Source: Eledone cirrhosa
Taxonomy: Eukaryota
Reading direction: 5' to 3'
Length of the DNA: 64,000 nucleotides
Assembly (NCBI GenBank): GCA_964016885.1
Contig: OZ024742.1
Location: 40,238,001-40,302,000, forward strand
Shown: piece after piece, positions 1 through 12,700 of the stretch
Position numbering within the stretch: the stretch's first letter is position 1
Layout of the letters: the number at the start of each line of letters is the position of its first letter
Translations under genes and position numbers: made by a program
Notes under the pieces: model-generated
Told to the model about the DNA's origin: nothing
The model's database searches: none
Seen by the model: only the letters and a program-made list of their open reading frames with translations

Positions 1-102
1 TGGCACTGGGTACACAGAATCATGTGGCCACTGTCATTGAAATATGTATCACAGCATTATCAATAAAGGACTTTAACATCTGACACTACTTCGCATTTTC
101 TT

Positions 103-153
<51 letters not shown>

Positions 154-290
154 AAGAGTTAAACAAGATTCAATGAGTATATCAAAGAATGAGTTTTACA
201 GTAGATTGGAAGTACTCTACGGTAAAATAATTTTCCGGAGTTATTAATATTAGAATATAAATATTAATAAAATAGATGTTCTTTTGATCA

Positions 291-353
291 ATTACATTTT
301 ATTATACATATTTCAGATGTACAACAGTACGTCCTCATCAGACAAAATATAAT
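291..353 (-). ncRNA. Hammerhead ribozyme in the 3' pseudo-LTR of the PLE
   Basis: Reverse-strand copy of 2347-2409. The stem II closing pair is G-U instead of G-C. Confidence 0.7.
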
Positions 354-1754
354 GATATATGACATACGCTGAGATGTTAAATGGTTAAGATTTAATCAAG
401 GTAGTGATTAACCTAAGAGAAAATTTAACATTTATACCCTAATAATGAGAAAATGCGAAAATGTAATAAATTCAATAGAGAATGTGTGAGTAAGAAAAAC
501 GTTGCTTAATGTACCAGTTATCTAGATTTTAATATGTATGATACTACAATTCATCTAGGAAAGCATTTCATGAATTATAAAAGTCAGTGAGAGAAGTGGG
601 GTAATGTATGCAGAAGTAGATTTTTTTTCCGAAAGTTAAATGGTTAAGTTTGAAAATATTTAATTTATTTTATCTTAGGGTGAAGAATCAATATTTTAGT
701 TTTTTTTTTGGTTTTTGTTTTTTTAAATTGGTGGTTATTTATATATTAGTTTTGTAAATTTTATAAGTGTGTTAACATTTCTAAGCTTCTGAATTTTTTG
801 ATAAGATTAAAAGGGTTTAGCTGGCCATTATTAAGGAAAGTTTACACTGTTGAATATTTTCCTAAATGTAATCTTTAATGAAGTTAGTCATTGTCAATGC
901 ATTAGGTATGTAAAGCTTTTGAAGTACTTATTGTTATACAAATTTAAATAACGGTTATGTATATAGATATATATTAATTAATTAATGAGCCAGTATATTT
1001 TAGGTAAATGATAATGAAAATAAAATTAAAATAAAATAATAGATTGAGGCATGTTAAACTAAATATATACCCATATATAACCGTGTGTACATGTATTAAT
1101 TATTCCTAGCTCAAAGTAAAAACAATCAAAAAATTTAGAAGTTAACTGAAAATTATGTATATAAAGATACTTGGGAGTTATATATGGATATATCCTATAT
1201 TATATATTAGTGATACAGTATACTTTAGGTAAATGATAACGGTTATAATTTTATATAATAAAGTTCTACGTGTTAAAGTTAAATACATATATATATATAA
1301 GAAAAACAATAATAAATGCATGGATAATTCATAGTTCGAAATAATGTTTATAATAATTTGTAATTTGGATATTTGTTCTATATTTGAATCATGGATATAA
1401 GAATGCGGTAGGTATATTTAAAAACATAGAAAATATAATTACATACATATTATAAATAAGAGATCAGAAACGCGTGAAAAATTCACAGGTATAAATAAGT
1501 TCAGTAAAGATGTAAAGGTTGGATATAAAACTCAGATTTAAAACTTAAGTAGGAAGATAAGGATAGAGAAATAAAGAAATAATGGTATGGATCAAAATCA
1601 ACAGAATAATGTTATGTGTATCAATGTTCCGGCATGTTATTGAACAAGTATCTTTCATTCGAGCGTTATTTCTTCTATAGATAGTGCAATATTAAAGACC
1701 ACTAAAGTTTTTCCCTGTTGATTTTATACATCTGACAACCAAGTTTTTAATGGT

Positions 1755-2165
1755 TTAATGTTTCTCTCTCTTTTTTCTCGTTTTGTGGGAGGCTAAGAAT
1801 GTCGACGTAGCTTTGTGGAGGCAACTAGAGAATAATTCACTTTTTTTGTTAATTAGGGTCTCGTAGTTATTAATAATCAACAGGGTCTCCATTGTACAGA
1901 GTGCGCAGTTATTTGATATACTAGAGTTGTGGTAAACTCCACAGTTCCGAAGTTTTGTCCAAAGAATGGAGTATTTTAAATTCTTCTCTTTTAATGACCA
2001 TATGAGCTGTGATAAAGACGTGGAGGATTTCCTCTTTGAGTTCGAGAATGAGCATTTATGGTTCGCAAATCTGGCTTTAAAAGTGGAAGAAGTCGATCCT
2101 ATGTAGTTGTATGTATTGTGATCAGTTTTTACGGTGCATTTATAAACCAAATTACTAGCTAAACA
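1755..2165 (-). CDS. PLE GIY-YIG endonuclease C-terminal domain (truncated; Nematis-like)
   Basis: LVY..(n)..YIGST...FKARFANH...CALC..E...INKKSELFSSCLH. The first ~11 ORF residues come from the inverted pseudo-LTR. Confidence 0.8.
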   Translation of the reverse strand, partial: CLASNLVYKCTVKTDHNTYNYIGSTSSTFKARFANHKCSFSNSKRKSSTSLSQLIWSLKEKNLKYSILWTKLRNCGVYHNSSISNNCALCTMETLLIINNYETLINKKSELFSSCLHKATSTFLASHKTRKKREKH

Positions 2166-2346
2166 TATTAAAATCTCTATAACTGTTACATTAAGCAACG
2201 TTTTTCATACTCAGACATTCTCTATTGAATTTATTACGTTTTCGCATTTTCTCATTATTAGGGTATAAATGTTAAATTTTCTCTTAGGTTAATCATTACC
2301 TTGATTAAATCTTAACCATTTAACATCTCAAGGTATGTCATATATC

Positions 2347-2409
2347 ATTATATTTTGTCTGATGAGGACGTACTGTTGTACATCCGAAATATGTATAATA
2401 AAATGTAAT
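2347..2409 (+). ncRNA. Hammerhead ribozyme in PLE pseudo-LTR
   Basis: CTGATGA (2359-2365), stem II GGACGTAC tgtt GTACATCC, GAAA (2386-2389), TATGTA, and AU-rich stem I. Confidence 0.75.
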
Positions 2410-2660
2410 TGATCAAAAGAACATCTATTTTATTAATATTTATATTCTAATATATATATATATATAAAACAAAGAAGGTGTGGCAAGATACCAGGTAGAC
2501 CATAATGCAGCAGAGTACTCTATACTTAGGGTAGTAGAGTGGGTAATAGGAAAAGAGTTAGGACCCTGATGGTTGAGCTCCGGCCATTTCAACAGCTAAA
2601 CTGTTCAGATCTAGCTGTCGAAACGGCAGGAGCTCAGCCATCGGGGTCCTGACTCTTTTC

Positions 2661-3125
2661 CTATATCCACCACTCGTCGACTACTGTCGAGATGATGGAT
2701 CTCACTCTCATGCCCCAGAATTCCCTGTCCCCCATCTCTGCCCCCAGGTCCTGTCTACTGATTCCCATATCCCTAGAGATAACATCAAGGAATGACAGCT
2801 TCTTACTCCTAGTCAGGCTGGAGTCAGGGTTCCAGAGCAAGAGAGCGGATATGATTTCATTGCTGGCACGGTGACAGTGGCCAGCAAATTGAGCTCTCCA
2901 GGATTTTAGAAGGGCAGAGGCTCGAGGGAGTTTGCCATAGATTTTAGACAAGGTGGGATGTCGTTTCCAGGATAGGTTTTGCACTCTCATTAAGAGGCGG
3001 GTATATGTGCCATCCAATCTCCTCTCAAGTTGTGATGTTAGTGTCCAAGTTTCGGATCCATAAAGTAATATGGGCTTAATGGTTGCTTGGAATATTTCCA
3101 GTTTTAGCTTGTTGGTAAGTTTCCT
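2661..3125 (-). mobile_element. 3' fragment of another RTE-like LINE family
   Basis: LLYGSETWTLT...DGTYTRLL...FAGHCHR. A related fragment is at 60525-60800 (RLRLAGHAHRH). Confidence 0.75.
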
Positions 3126-3138
3126 ATATATATAAGAT

Positions 3139-3183
<45 letters not shown>

Positions 3184-3820
3184 AGAATAAATTTCTTAAA
3201 TCATTTAATACCTTACAAATGTTTCAATACATATAATCTAACCCATACTTATGCTACATCAATATAGTAAAAAAGGAGAGAAATATTGAACATAGCCAAG
3301 TACCAGTAAATACTGTACACCATCAGAGGTAATAAATATGATACATAACAACGATCTGGTGAAAAGCAAGCCTAAAAAGAAAAAAAAGTGTGCTTCAATG
3401 AAAAGAAGGCACATTTTTAATCGGAATCTATAGCACAATAAATGGTTATTCATAACATCATGCAAGAAAGTTTATTGATTATTTGAAATAATGAAAATAA
3501 TAAAATATTTAATATGTGAACACACAAAAGAATTGATCTCGATAGATTATTAAAGTAAAGAAAACTTAACATTTACGATAGAGCAGAAAATGAAGAATAA
3601 GAAAATTTTTTTTATATTTTTACAAATTCTTCAGATTATACAAATTATTAAAATAATATAAAAAAATTACTAAAACAAGGTTTTACAAGTATAAATCGAC
3701 TTAGCATATAAAGAGTCATAATTATGGCTAAAATTATGTTTGAATTTATAAGAAATACTATATTCAAAAAGGTAATAAGTGATAAATCTCTCTCTATATA
3801 TATATATCACTTATTGCTTT

Positions 3821-3876
<56 letters not shown>

Positions 3877-4424
3877 ATAATTGTTTCTACTTTTGGCACA
3901 AGGCCAGCAATTACCCAGTACATTACTGGTACTTTATTTTATCGATCTCGTAAGGATGAAAGGCAAAGTTAACTTCGGCGGGATTTGAATAGTAATAATA
4001 ATAAATTTGAAGACTAAAATCGAAAGAATGCTCTACGGTTCTTATATATATCAAATATATAAGAACCGTAGAGCAAATATTTATTAAAATAACAGATTAA
4101 AGTTTAAGCAAAGAATCGCTGCTTTCACCCTTAACGGGATCTTCTGATATATATATATATATATAAGAATAACATTAAGAAAGATGCTGTGTTTACATAA
4201 AGCATTTATTCATTATAATAATTTCTATGGCACCCTATATGCAGTCAAGGTGCAGTAGTTGCTACTGTTGCTGGTACAAGTGTGATATTTCCAGATGAAT
4301 TTACGTTTATGTGATATGCTGCAGGTAAAATGTTTGTATTCTTGTGTGCCTGATGTATTTATATATGTTAATAGACTTAATAACTAGTAAGCTGAGAGAA
4401 TGTAAATTTATCTATATATTTGTC

Positions 4425-4517
4425 TGCAAGTCTGATGAGGGTTCAATTTGGAAATGAAGACAATACAAATGAATATAGAGTGGTGGCCATAACTGGACCC
4501 TGAAAACAATGATTGCA
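4425..4517 (+). ncRNA. Degenerate hammerhead with long stem II insert
   Basis: TGCAAGT-CTGATGA-GGGTTCA ... TGGACCC-tGAAA-acaatga-TTGCA. Stem III and the cleavage triplet are eroded. Confidence 0.5.
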
Positions 4518-4667
4518 CATACATGTTAAGTGGATGAAACATTATTTATACTAAATAAGCTCTCTTGCAACAGATTGAGCATTGTTATAACTTGATCTTT
4601 CACCTAAGGATATCCTGCATGCATACATACATTCATACATACCAATATATATACATATATATATATA

Positions 4668-7600
4668 TCATCATCATCATCATCAACGTTTAACGTCCGT
4701 GTTCCACGCTTGCATGGGTTTGGACGGGGGTATTCCCACTTGAGGCAAGAGTGATTGTCTTGCTCGCATAGGACTGTCTGGCAGGTTTTCTACAGTTGGA
4801 TGCCCTTCCTAACACCAACCACATATACAGTGTGGGACTGGGAGGTTTTTACCGTGTTGCCTACATGGCCACATTACAGCGTGGACTGTGTGTTTTTTTG
4901 TCGTGACACCTACACGATCTCATTTGTTTCGGCCTGGATGTTGTGGCACCAACATAACTTTACATAGGAGGGGGTGGTGTGGATGGGGGTGTGGGTGGTG
5001 GGACGGGGGTGTATTTTGTTAGAGATGCCTACTGGCTGTAGTAGGTTTTACTATGTATTTAGGTAAGGCGGGTCTTCTCTATTACTGAGTACCGCCAAAG
5101 GTCTCGGTCCAGTGACATTGTCTTGGAGAGGTGTAAGTGTGTGAGGTCGGAGTTTATCAGCTCGTCCCAGGATTTTCTAGGTCTGCCTATTCCGTGGCTA
5201 CCGTCTATCTTTATTGCCCTGCACTTTGTTATACAGCTATCGACTTTCATGCGCATCACGTGTCCGTACCAACGTAGCCTTCTCTCGAGTAAACAACATC
5301 TGATCCCTCTTATCTCTAATTTTTTCCTTAGTTCGTTTATGCTTTGCCGTTCACGTATATTACTATTACACATCCAGCGGAGCATGCAAGCTTCGTTCCT
5401 CTCTAGTCTGCGTATATCCTCTGCGCACAATGCCCAGGTCTCACTGCCATGCAACATTGCTGTTCGTATGCAGGCATCATACAACCTGCCTTTCATTTTT
5501 AGGGAGAACCCTTTAGCGGCTAATAGTGGTATAAGCTCTCTGAACTTTTTCCATCCAGTTCTGACTCAAGCTACTGTACTTTCGGAGCACCCTCTCCCAC
5601 TGCTGATTTTGTCACCCAGGTAACGGAAGCTGTCCACTATTTCTATAGAGCCCTCTGTGCAATTGAAAGAGTTAGTATTTTGTGGGCACTCGCTGCTACT
5701 TATTGCACCAGAGCACCGCCCACATGTAAAATCTAAGTTCTTAGTTAGCTTACCTGTGATCCCACTACATCTTTTATGCACCCATACTTTGCCTTTGGGA
5801 CATAAAATGGAGTTTCTACCTACGCCTTTCCTACACACTGAGCATGGCCATTTCCCGGAAGGGACCGCCGCCTTATTTTCTTTCCTACAAACTAGAACTT
5901 TAGTCTTAGCCAGGTTAATTTTAAGGCCTTTTGATTCTAGGCCGTGCTTCCATGTTTGGAATTTCTTCTCTAGCTCGGCCATTGATTCAGCTATGAGTGT
6001 CAGGTCGTCTGCGTATAGGAGTTCCCATGGGCAGCTGGTCTTGAACTCCTCTGTTATAGCCTGAAGGGCAATAATAAATAGTAGGGGGCTGAGAACAGAG
6101 CCCTGATGGACGCCAACTTTTACGCTAAACTCTTCACTATATTCGTTGTTAATTCTAACCTTGCTGACTGTTTCTTTATACATGGCTTGTATAGCTCTCA
6201 CAAGCCATTCGTCGACACCTAGTTTTCTAAGGGCCCACCAGATAATGGAACGGGGGACTCTGTCGAAGGCTTTCTCCAAGTCGACAAAAGCTAAGTAGAG
6301 GGGTTTACTTTTAGCTAGGTACTTCTCCTGTAGTTGACGTACAATGAAAAGAGCGTCTGTGGTACTTTTGCCTGACACAAACCCGAACTGCATTTCATCT
6401 AGGTCAATTCTCTCTCTGATTAGTTGCGCTATTACTTTTTCCGTGACCTACATGACCTGGTCGATTAGTTTAATGCCTCTATAGTTACTCCTATCTAGAG
6501 CATCTCCTTTACCCTTATAACAGTTAACGATGATGCTGCTATGCCAGTCCTTCGGAACAACCCCATTCTGTACGACTTGGTTAACTATCCGGGTGACCAA
6601 GGTGTGTCCCACCGAGCCAGATGCCATCAGCATCTCAGCAACTATTTCCGAAGGCCCAGCCGCCTTACCCGTCTTCATATCCTTGATTGCCTTACTTATT
6701 ATACTACCCTCGACTAACACTGCTGGTCCCTCTATTGGGTCGATGTGGGGGAGACTGTCTTTCTCCCATTTATTCTCCTCATTTAGTAGCCTTTCATAGT
6801 GGCACTTCCAAGCTACCTTCTTATCAGCGTCGGTGATGGCAAGTACGCCGTCATCATTAAGTACACACTTCTCCCCGACAACATCACGGTTTTCCTTGAC
6901 ACATTGCCTAGCAATCCTGAACACCTCACGTTTTTGGTCCTCGTGTTGTAGAACATGCTTGAACTTTCTTTCCTCTGCTTCCCTTCTTGCGAAGTACACT
7001 TGTCTCCTAGCCTCCCTCCTGGCCACTTGATAGTCTTCTCTACTTCCCCCATCCCGCCATACTTTCCAAGCCTGCTTTTTGGCCTTAATTGACCCCTCCA
7101 CCCTACTGTTCCACCACCATGTTACTCTCCTCCTGCCTACAGGCCTGCTCCAGCCACAGACTTCGTCTGTCGCCATCAGCAGGTTTGCTTTCAGAAATTC
7201 CCACTGTCCCTCTATATTGTCCGACTCTAAATGCTCTTCCTTACTGTCGAAAGCATCAAGTAATATGCTTTGAAATTTATTTCTGGTTGTGGGGTCCTTT
7301 AGCTACCATATTTTTCTCCTGAGGATAATCCTCTTCTGCTGTCGAGTACGTCTCGTCCTGACTATGAGGTCGCTAATTATCAGTCTATGTTGGGAGGTGC
7401 ATTCTTCATGGGGGAGGGATTTAGTGTTTACAACAGACACTCTGTCACGTCTTCTGGTAAGGATATAATCTACCTGGCTTGTGTGTTCCCCGGATCTATA
7501 GGTGATCAGGTGATTGTCACGTTTTTTGAAGTTAGTGTTACAGATAGTTAGGTTATTTGCGTCACAGAATTCCAGGATTCTGGAGTCTTCCTCAGTTCTA

Positions 7601-8330
7601 GTACCAAACCCATAGCCTCCATGGATTTCGTCGTAGCCATCACAATGTTGTCCAACGTGACCATTTAGGTCGCCTGCGATAATTATATAGTCACTGTCGG
7701 TTATTTGGGAGGTAGTGAGCATCAGTGTCTCATAGAATCTGTTTTTTATAGTGCCGGGCAGTGCGGATTGGGGTGCGTACGCAGATATTAGTGTCACCGT
7801 AGTTCTATTGAGGACAAGTCTTATTTTAATTATTCTGTCGTTCACTCTATTTACGTCTATTATCTTATCTGCCCACTTTTCTGCTACCATGATTCCTACT
7901 CCACCCAGCCCATCGTCGTTTCCCGCCCAGAAAAGCTTATAACATCGTTTTTTACCCTCAATGAATCTAGCAGACCCACCCCTCCATCTGGTCTCTTGAA
8001 TACAACAAACATCGACCTCCTTACGTTCAAGCATTTCTACAACCTCGTTAGCGCGACCCTTTAAGGTGCCTACATTTATGGTACCAACTCTGAAGTTTTG
8101 GATTGCGTTTGGGGGTTGGGGCGGTGGGGGGCGGGGGGCGATGGGGTTATGTTAGTCGTCCGCGGTCGAAACAATGAGGAGTGCTCGCATTCTCGTCCAC
8201 GAGGTGAATTTGTCTTTATCTTTGGCATTGTCGCTGAGCGTCCAGATTTTTCTCTCTCTCCTCCACTCTCCAGGATTCCGCAGTCCATCCATCCATTATA
8301 TATCGAAAGGCAACCAGGCAAGCGATAGTA
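4668..8330 (-). mobile_element. Near full-length RTE-clade LINE with (TGA)n 3' tail
   Basis: APE endonuclease (RVGTINVGTL, CIQETRW, GDLNGH, QVDYIL, SQHRL) plus RT (DLEKAFD, GVHQGSVLSP, YADD). The 3' UTR ends in (CAT)n on the + strand at 4668-4685. Confidence 0.95.
5059..8151 (-). pseudogene. RTE ORF2 (EN-RT), one frame broken by three nonsense codons
   Basis: ORF-track pieces 7303-8034, 6448-7176, 5566-6393 and 5059-5496 share one frame. Stops are at 7303-7305, 6448-6450 and 5566-5568, and I saw no frameshift. Confidence 0.9.
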
Positions 8331-9003
8331 TAGGCCTCTGGCTTATGATTGGTCCGCGTAATAATAATACTGGTGATGCGTGGGGGCTCTGGCTTATGAT
8401 TGGTCCACGTAATAACAATGGTGGTGCGTGGGGCCGGGAGGGAGAGGTGTTGGGTAGCTAGCTAGAAGGTAATGATTGAATGAAGTCCTTGTATTTAACA
8501 AGCGATTAACAAAAATACAAGATTTGTTCTGTTCAATACGACAAAAACTCTCGTATCTAACAATTAATGATAACAAAAAATGCAGATTTGTTTTAGCAAT
8601 AGATTGGCTATTTGGACTTGATACGAAATAGGAGTGTGGAGGTAGAGATGAAAGAAAAATATGTACATTACGTTACATGATTATCGTGGAGGGAACAGCA
8701 ATGCAATGAAATTTGGCGAAGTGATTTCTATCTTATATATATATATAGAGAGAGAGAGCTAAGAGAGAGAGCGAGGGGGGGAGAGAGAGGTTTGGCCGCA
8801 TGATGTAGGTATTGGGGCGGTTGACCGCCATGCCCTCGTGAAGTAGAGGGAGGGGGGGGGGGGGGGTCGAGGGCTAGTAGAAGCGGGAGTTTCGAGTTTC
8901 GAAAGAAGGAAAAGGATTTTGTTTTGTTTTGAAAATACGCTAGAATTAAGGAATTAAGGAATTTATAAGAAGGAGAAGAGATAGGAAAGGATTGAAGGTA
9001 ATG

Positions 9004-9040
<37 letters not shown>

Positions 9041-9441
9041 ATCTTTGCTCTTTCTCAATGCTATTCTATAATTCAAACAAAAATACACCCCCATCCCACT
9101 ACCCCCCACCCCATCCACACCACCCCTTCCAATGTAAAGTTATGTTAGTACCACAACATCCAGTCCGAAATAAATGAGGTCATGTAGGGTGTCACGACAA
9201 AAAAAACACACAGTCCACGCTGTAATGTGGCCGTGTAGGTAACAGGGAAAAAACCTCCCAGTCCACACTGTAAACGTGGTTGGTGTTAGGAAGGGCATCC
9301 AGCCGTAGAAAACCTGCCAGACAGTCCTATACGAGCAAGACAACCAATCTTGTCTCACGTGGGACAATTGTCGTCTAAACCCATGCTAGCGTGGAAGATA
9401 GACGTTAAACGATGATGATGATGATGATGATGATGAGGATG

Positions 9442-9488
<47 letters not shown>

Positions 9489-9599
9489 AAGAGTGAGAGA
9501 TATGGATATAAATACCTACATAGATACAAATATACATAAATTTGAAATGATAGAACAGGTAATACACTGAACAGATCTAAAATAACATAGGCTAGATTA

Positions 9600-11040
9600 T
9601 GTTGAAAACTATGATCCTATTGAAAACTATGTTAAACCGTGAGGACATTCAATACGAAGTTCATTCCTATGATTTAAGAGTTGACATGGGAACATAGTAA
9701 TTTCATAGGCTTCCAAAAGACAAAAGCCTCAATATATCTGCCTCCATCATATGCCTTAGCATAATCAATGATAGACCATCCTAGATCATAAGAAGTTTTA
9801 GATTTTTTAAAGGTAGGTAGAAATAAATTAAGCCAAAGAGGTAGGTTGTTCAGATTCTCTTTCTTAAAAGGGTGTAAATGGGAATTGCAACATGTTTTAA
9901 AAGAGTTAGCTGTCACCCCTATATAGAAATTAGTTGAACTAGAGGTAGACACTGTATTTATACACTATATTTTTCCTCAGGCAATAGCCATTTAGGAGAC
10001 AGTCACTAGGTACTCTATAATTGCACTCAGAGTTAGTAATATTGCCTGAGGTTATTCTAGGTGTATTGTCAAATAGTAAATTGTGCTGGCTATAAATACA
10101 TTTCCGAGAGTTATTTGTTGAGCTATTCTGACAGTTCCTACTACTGGTATAATTCTTTGAGGTATGGTTAGGAGCTTTGTTTGATATGTTCAGCTTATAA
10201 ATTTTTCGGTGGTTACTAAAGGATATATAATCAGCTCAATTAGGTGAAAAGAAGAAATATATTTCTACCGTGTTTTATTTATTAATTTATAATACCTGTG
10301 TTATGGTGAACATTTTTTTATCTATAATATTAAAAAATAGTTCAGGAATGTTAGATGCAACATGAACTCTGTTTCAACCCTGCGATTCCTATAGTTACAT
10401 GGGGGTAGGCCAGCAGCATTCAGTTGAGGGTCAGAAGTAATATTATCAGAAGGAATTTGGCTAGGCTTATTAAGTATATCTGTATAAAGGGATCTACTGT
10501 TCAATGTATTTGAGTTATTACAAGATTGGGGATCAATATTAGGATCTGAAGGTATAAAGGCTGGAGGGTTAGGAAACAAGCCAATGTGTTTGTGCAGGTT
10601 ATCAAAAACAATATTTTAGGATTAATAAACATGTTATCTTAGTTTTCTGCCCTATTGTAAATTTAAAATTTTTTACCTTAATTTAATAATCTATCTAGAT
10701 CAATTCCTTTGTGTGCTCACATATTAAATATTTTATTATTTTCATTATTACAAATAATCAATAAACTTTCTTGCATGATGTCATGAATAACCATTTATTG
10801 TGTTATAAATTCTGATTAACAATGTAATTTCTTTTCACTGAAGCGCACTTTTTCCTTTTGCACCAGATCATTATGTCTCATTTTTATAACCTCTGATGAT
10901 GTATAGTATTTAACATTACTTGGCTATATTCAATATATTTTTCCCTTTTTACTATATTGTTGTAGCATAAGTATGAGTTAAATTATTTGTATTGAAACAT
11001 TTGTAAAGTATTAAATGAGTTAAGAAATCTATTCTAACAT
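9600..11040 (-). pseudogene. Degenerate second PLE remnant (GIY-YIG) with adjacent pseudo-LTR
   Basis: NFYIGVTANSFKT..NSH...YDLGWSIIDYAKAY at 9674-9952 and an upstream C-N-Y-R motif. A hammerhead-bearing repeat at 10680-11036 is also present inverted at 3181-3560. Confidence 0.65.
10888..11010 (+). ncRNA. Hammerhead-like motif with long stem II insert
   Basis: ACCT-CTGATGA (10893-10899) ... GAAA (10994-10997) CATTTGTA-AAGT. The inverted relative at 3208-3330 reads CTGATGG ... GAAACATTTGTA-AGGT. Confidence 0.55.
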
Positions 11041-11849
11041 CTGGATTTGTTGTATATTCTGTGTTACTGTGTCATCCTTTACTTCTTTTCTTAAATAAAC
11101 TCTCTTTTATATTTGTATCTATACTGGCAAATACTTTGAGCTTAATAAACTAATTGGTAATTTTAATTCTTATTGGTTAACTCCATATATATATGAAAAA
11201 AGGAAATGAATGACTTCACTTGTAGTTGATATTCTATAACAATTTAATTTTATAATTTTACAATTTTGCTATGTAGATCTAATAAGTCCTTTGTTAACTT
11301 CGGTGGAAAATTTGTTTTTTAATCCTGATCAACTTTCTGGAGAACTTTCTCACATTTGTCGGTGATGATTGTTAAGCTGATCTAAAGTTATATTGTGTTG
11401 GTATATAAAGAATTTGGGTGTGTCTGGGGAAATATATATGAGCGAGACACAGTCACCTGACCCAACTTGCCTCTCATTGGGACAAACCCGCCTAACCCAT
11501 GCTAGTGTGGAAGATAGATGTTAATCGATGATGATATATATATGTGTGTGTGTGTTTGTGTGTGTGTGTTTGTTTGTTTGTGTGTGTGTGTGTTTGTGTG
11601 TCTGTGTGTTTGTGTGTCTGTGTGTGCATGTGAGTGTGTGTGTGTGTGTGTGTGTGCATGTGTGTGTGTGTGTGTGTGTGTGTGAGTGTGTGTGAGTGTG
11701 TGAGTGTGTGTGAGTGTGTGTGCGTATGTTCTATCTTCTTACATGCTGAATGTGTGTCCAAGCAGTTGAGGAGAATTTGTTTGAATGTACAGGTGTACAG
11801 AACATTTGTATTGTCTTCATTTTGTATGTGTGAAACTTGGGTCACATAC

Positions 11850-12700
11850 CATCATCATCATCATCATCATCATCACCGTTTTACGTCCGTTCTTCCACGC
11901 TAGCATGGGTTAGACGGGTTGTCCTGTTGTGGGCAGTGTCTGGTCGGCTGACCATGCCTTGCTCATACAGGAACTGATCTGGCTTGATTTCTACAGCTGG
12001 ATGCCCTTCCTAACACCAACCTCATTTACAGTGAGTGCTGGGTGCTTTTTCGTGGCGCCTACACGTCCACTTTACAGTGTGGGCTGGGTGCTTTTTTGCC
12101 GTGGCACCTCCACGACCACCTTGCGGTGGGGGGGGGGGGGGGCATATTGTTTATATGCTTCAGCATGTACCCATGGGAGGTCGGGTACCCTGTATTACTG
12201 CGTGACGCCAGAAGTCACGGTCGTGTGTCATTGACTTTGAGAGGTGTAGTTGGGTAAGGTCGGCTTTTATCACCTCATCCCAAGTCATCTTGGGTCTCCC
12301 CACTCCGCGGTTTCCATCAACTTCTAGTGCTCTGCACCTTTTTATGCAGCTGTCATCCTTCATACGCATCACATGTCCATACCAGCGTAACCGCCTCTCC
12401 TGCACGCAGCATTTGATTCCTCTTATGCTCAGTCTCTCTCTCAATTCATTTATGCTTTGTCGTTCACGTATATTACTGTTACACATCCATCGGAGCATGC
12501 AGGCTTCGTTTCTCTCTAATCTACGTAAGTCTTCCACCTTCAGCGCCCAGGTCTCACTACCATGCAACATCGCTGTTCGGATACACGCATCATACAGTCT
12601 GCCTTTCATTCTGAGGGAGAAGCCTTTTGCAGCTAGCAGTGGTAGTAGTTCCCTAAACTTCTTCCATCCCGTTCTTACCCTAGTTATTGTACTTTCTAGA
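11850..12700 (-). mobile_element. 3' fragment of a sister RTE subfamily
   Basis: MKGRLYDACIRTAMLHGSETW... is similar but diverged, with a (CAT)n tail. Related fragments lie at 9085-9440, 19925-20130, 49860-50190, 59640-59860 and 60960-61125. Confidence 0.85.

Larger units (their letters stand above)
248..2452 (-). mobile_element. 5'-truncated Penelope-like element (PLE) with an inverted pseudo-LTR pair
   Basis: About 290-bp inverted repeats (248-537 and 2163-2452), each with a hammerhead motif, enclose a GIY-YIG ORF. (TA)n lies on both sides. Confidence 0.85.

Noticed and set aside
4115-4150. Hammerhead-like CAGAAGA-TCCC...GGGT-GAAA on minus (similar weak cases at 19090-19115 and 22315-22355)
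   Set aside because: The core or stem I is missing. They may be remnants but are too degraded to call.
5123-7322. Plus-strand ORFs over the RTE (and similar ones over the R4 and maT elements)
   Set aside because: They are antisense shadows of transposon coding sequence.
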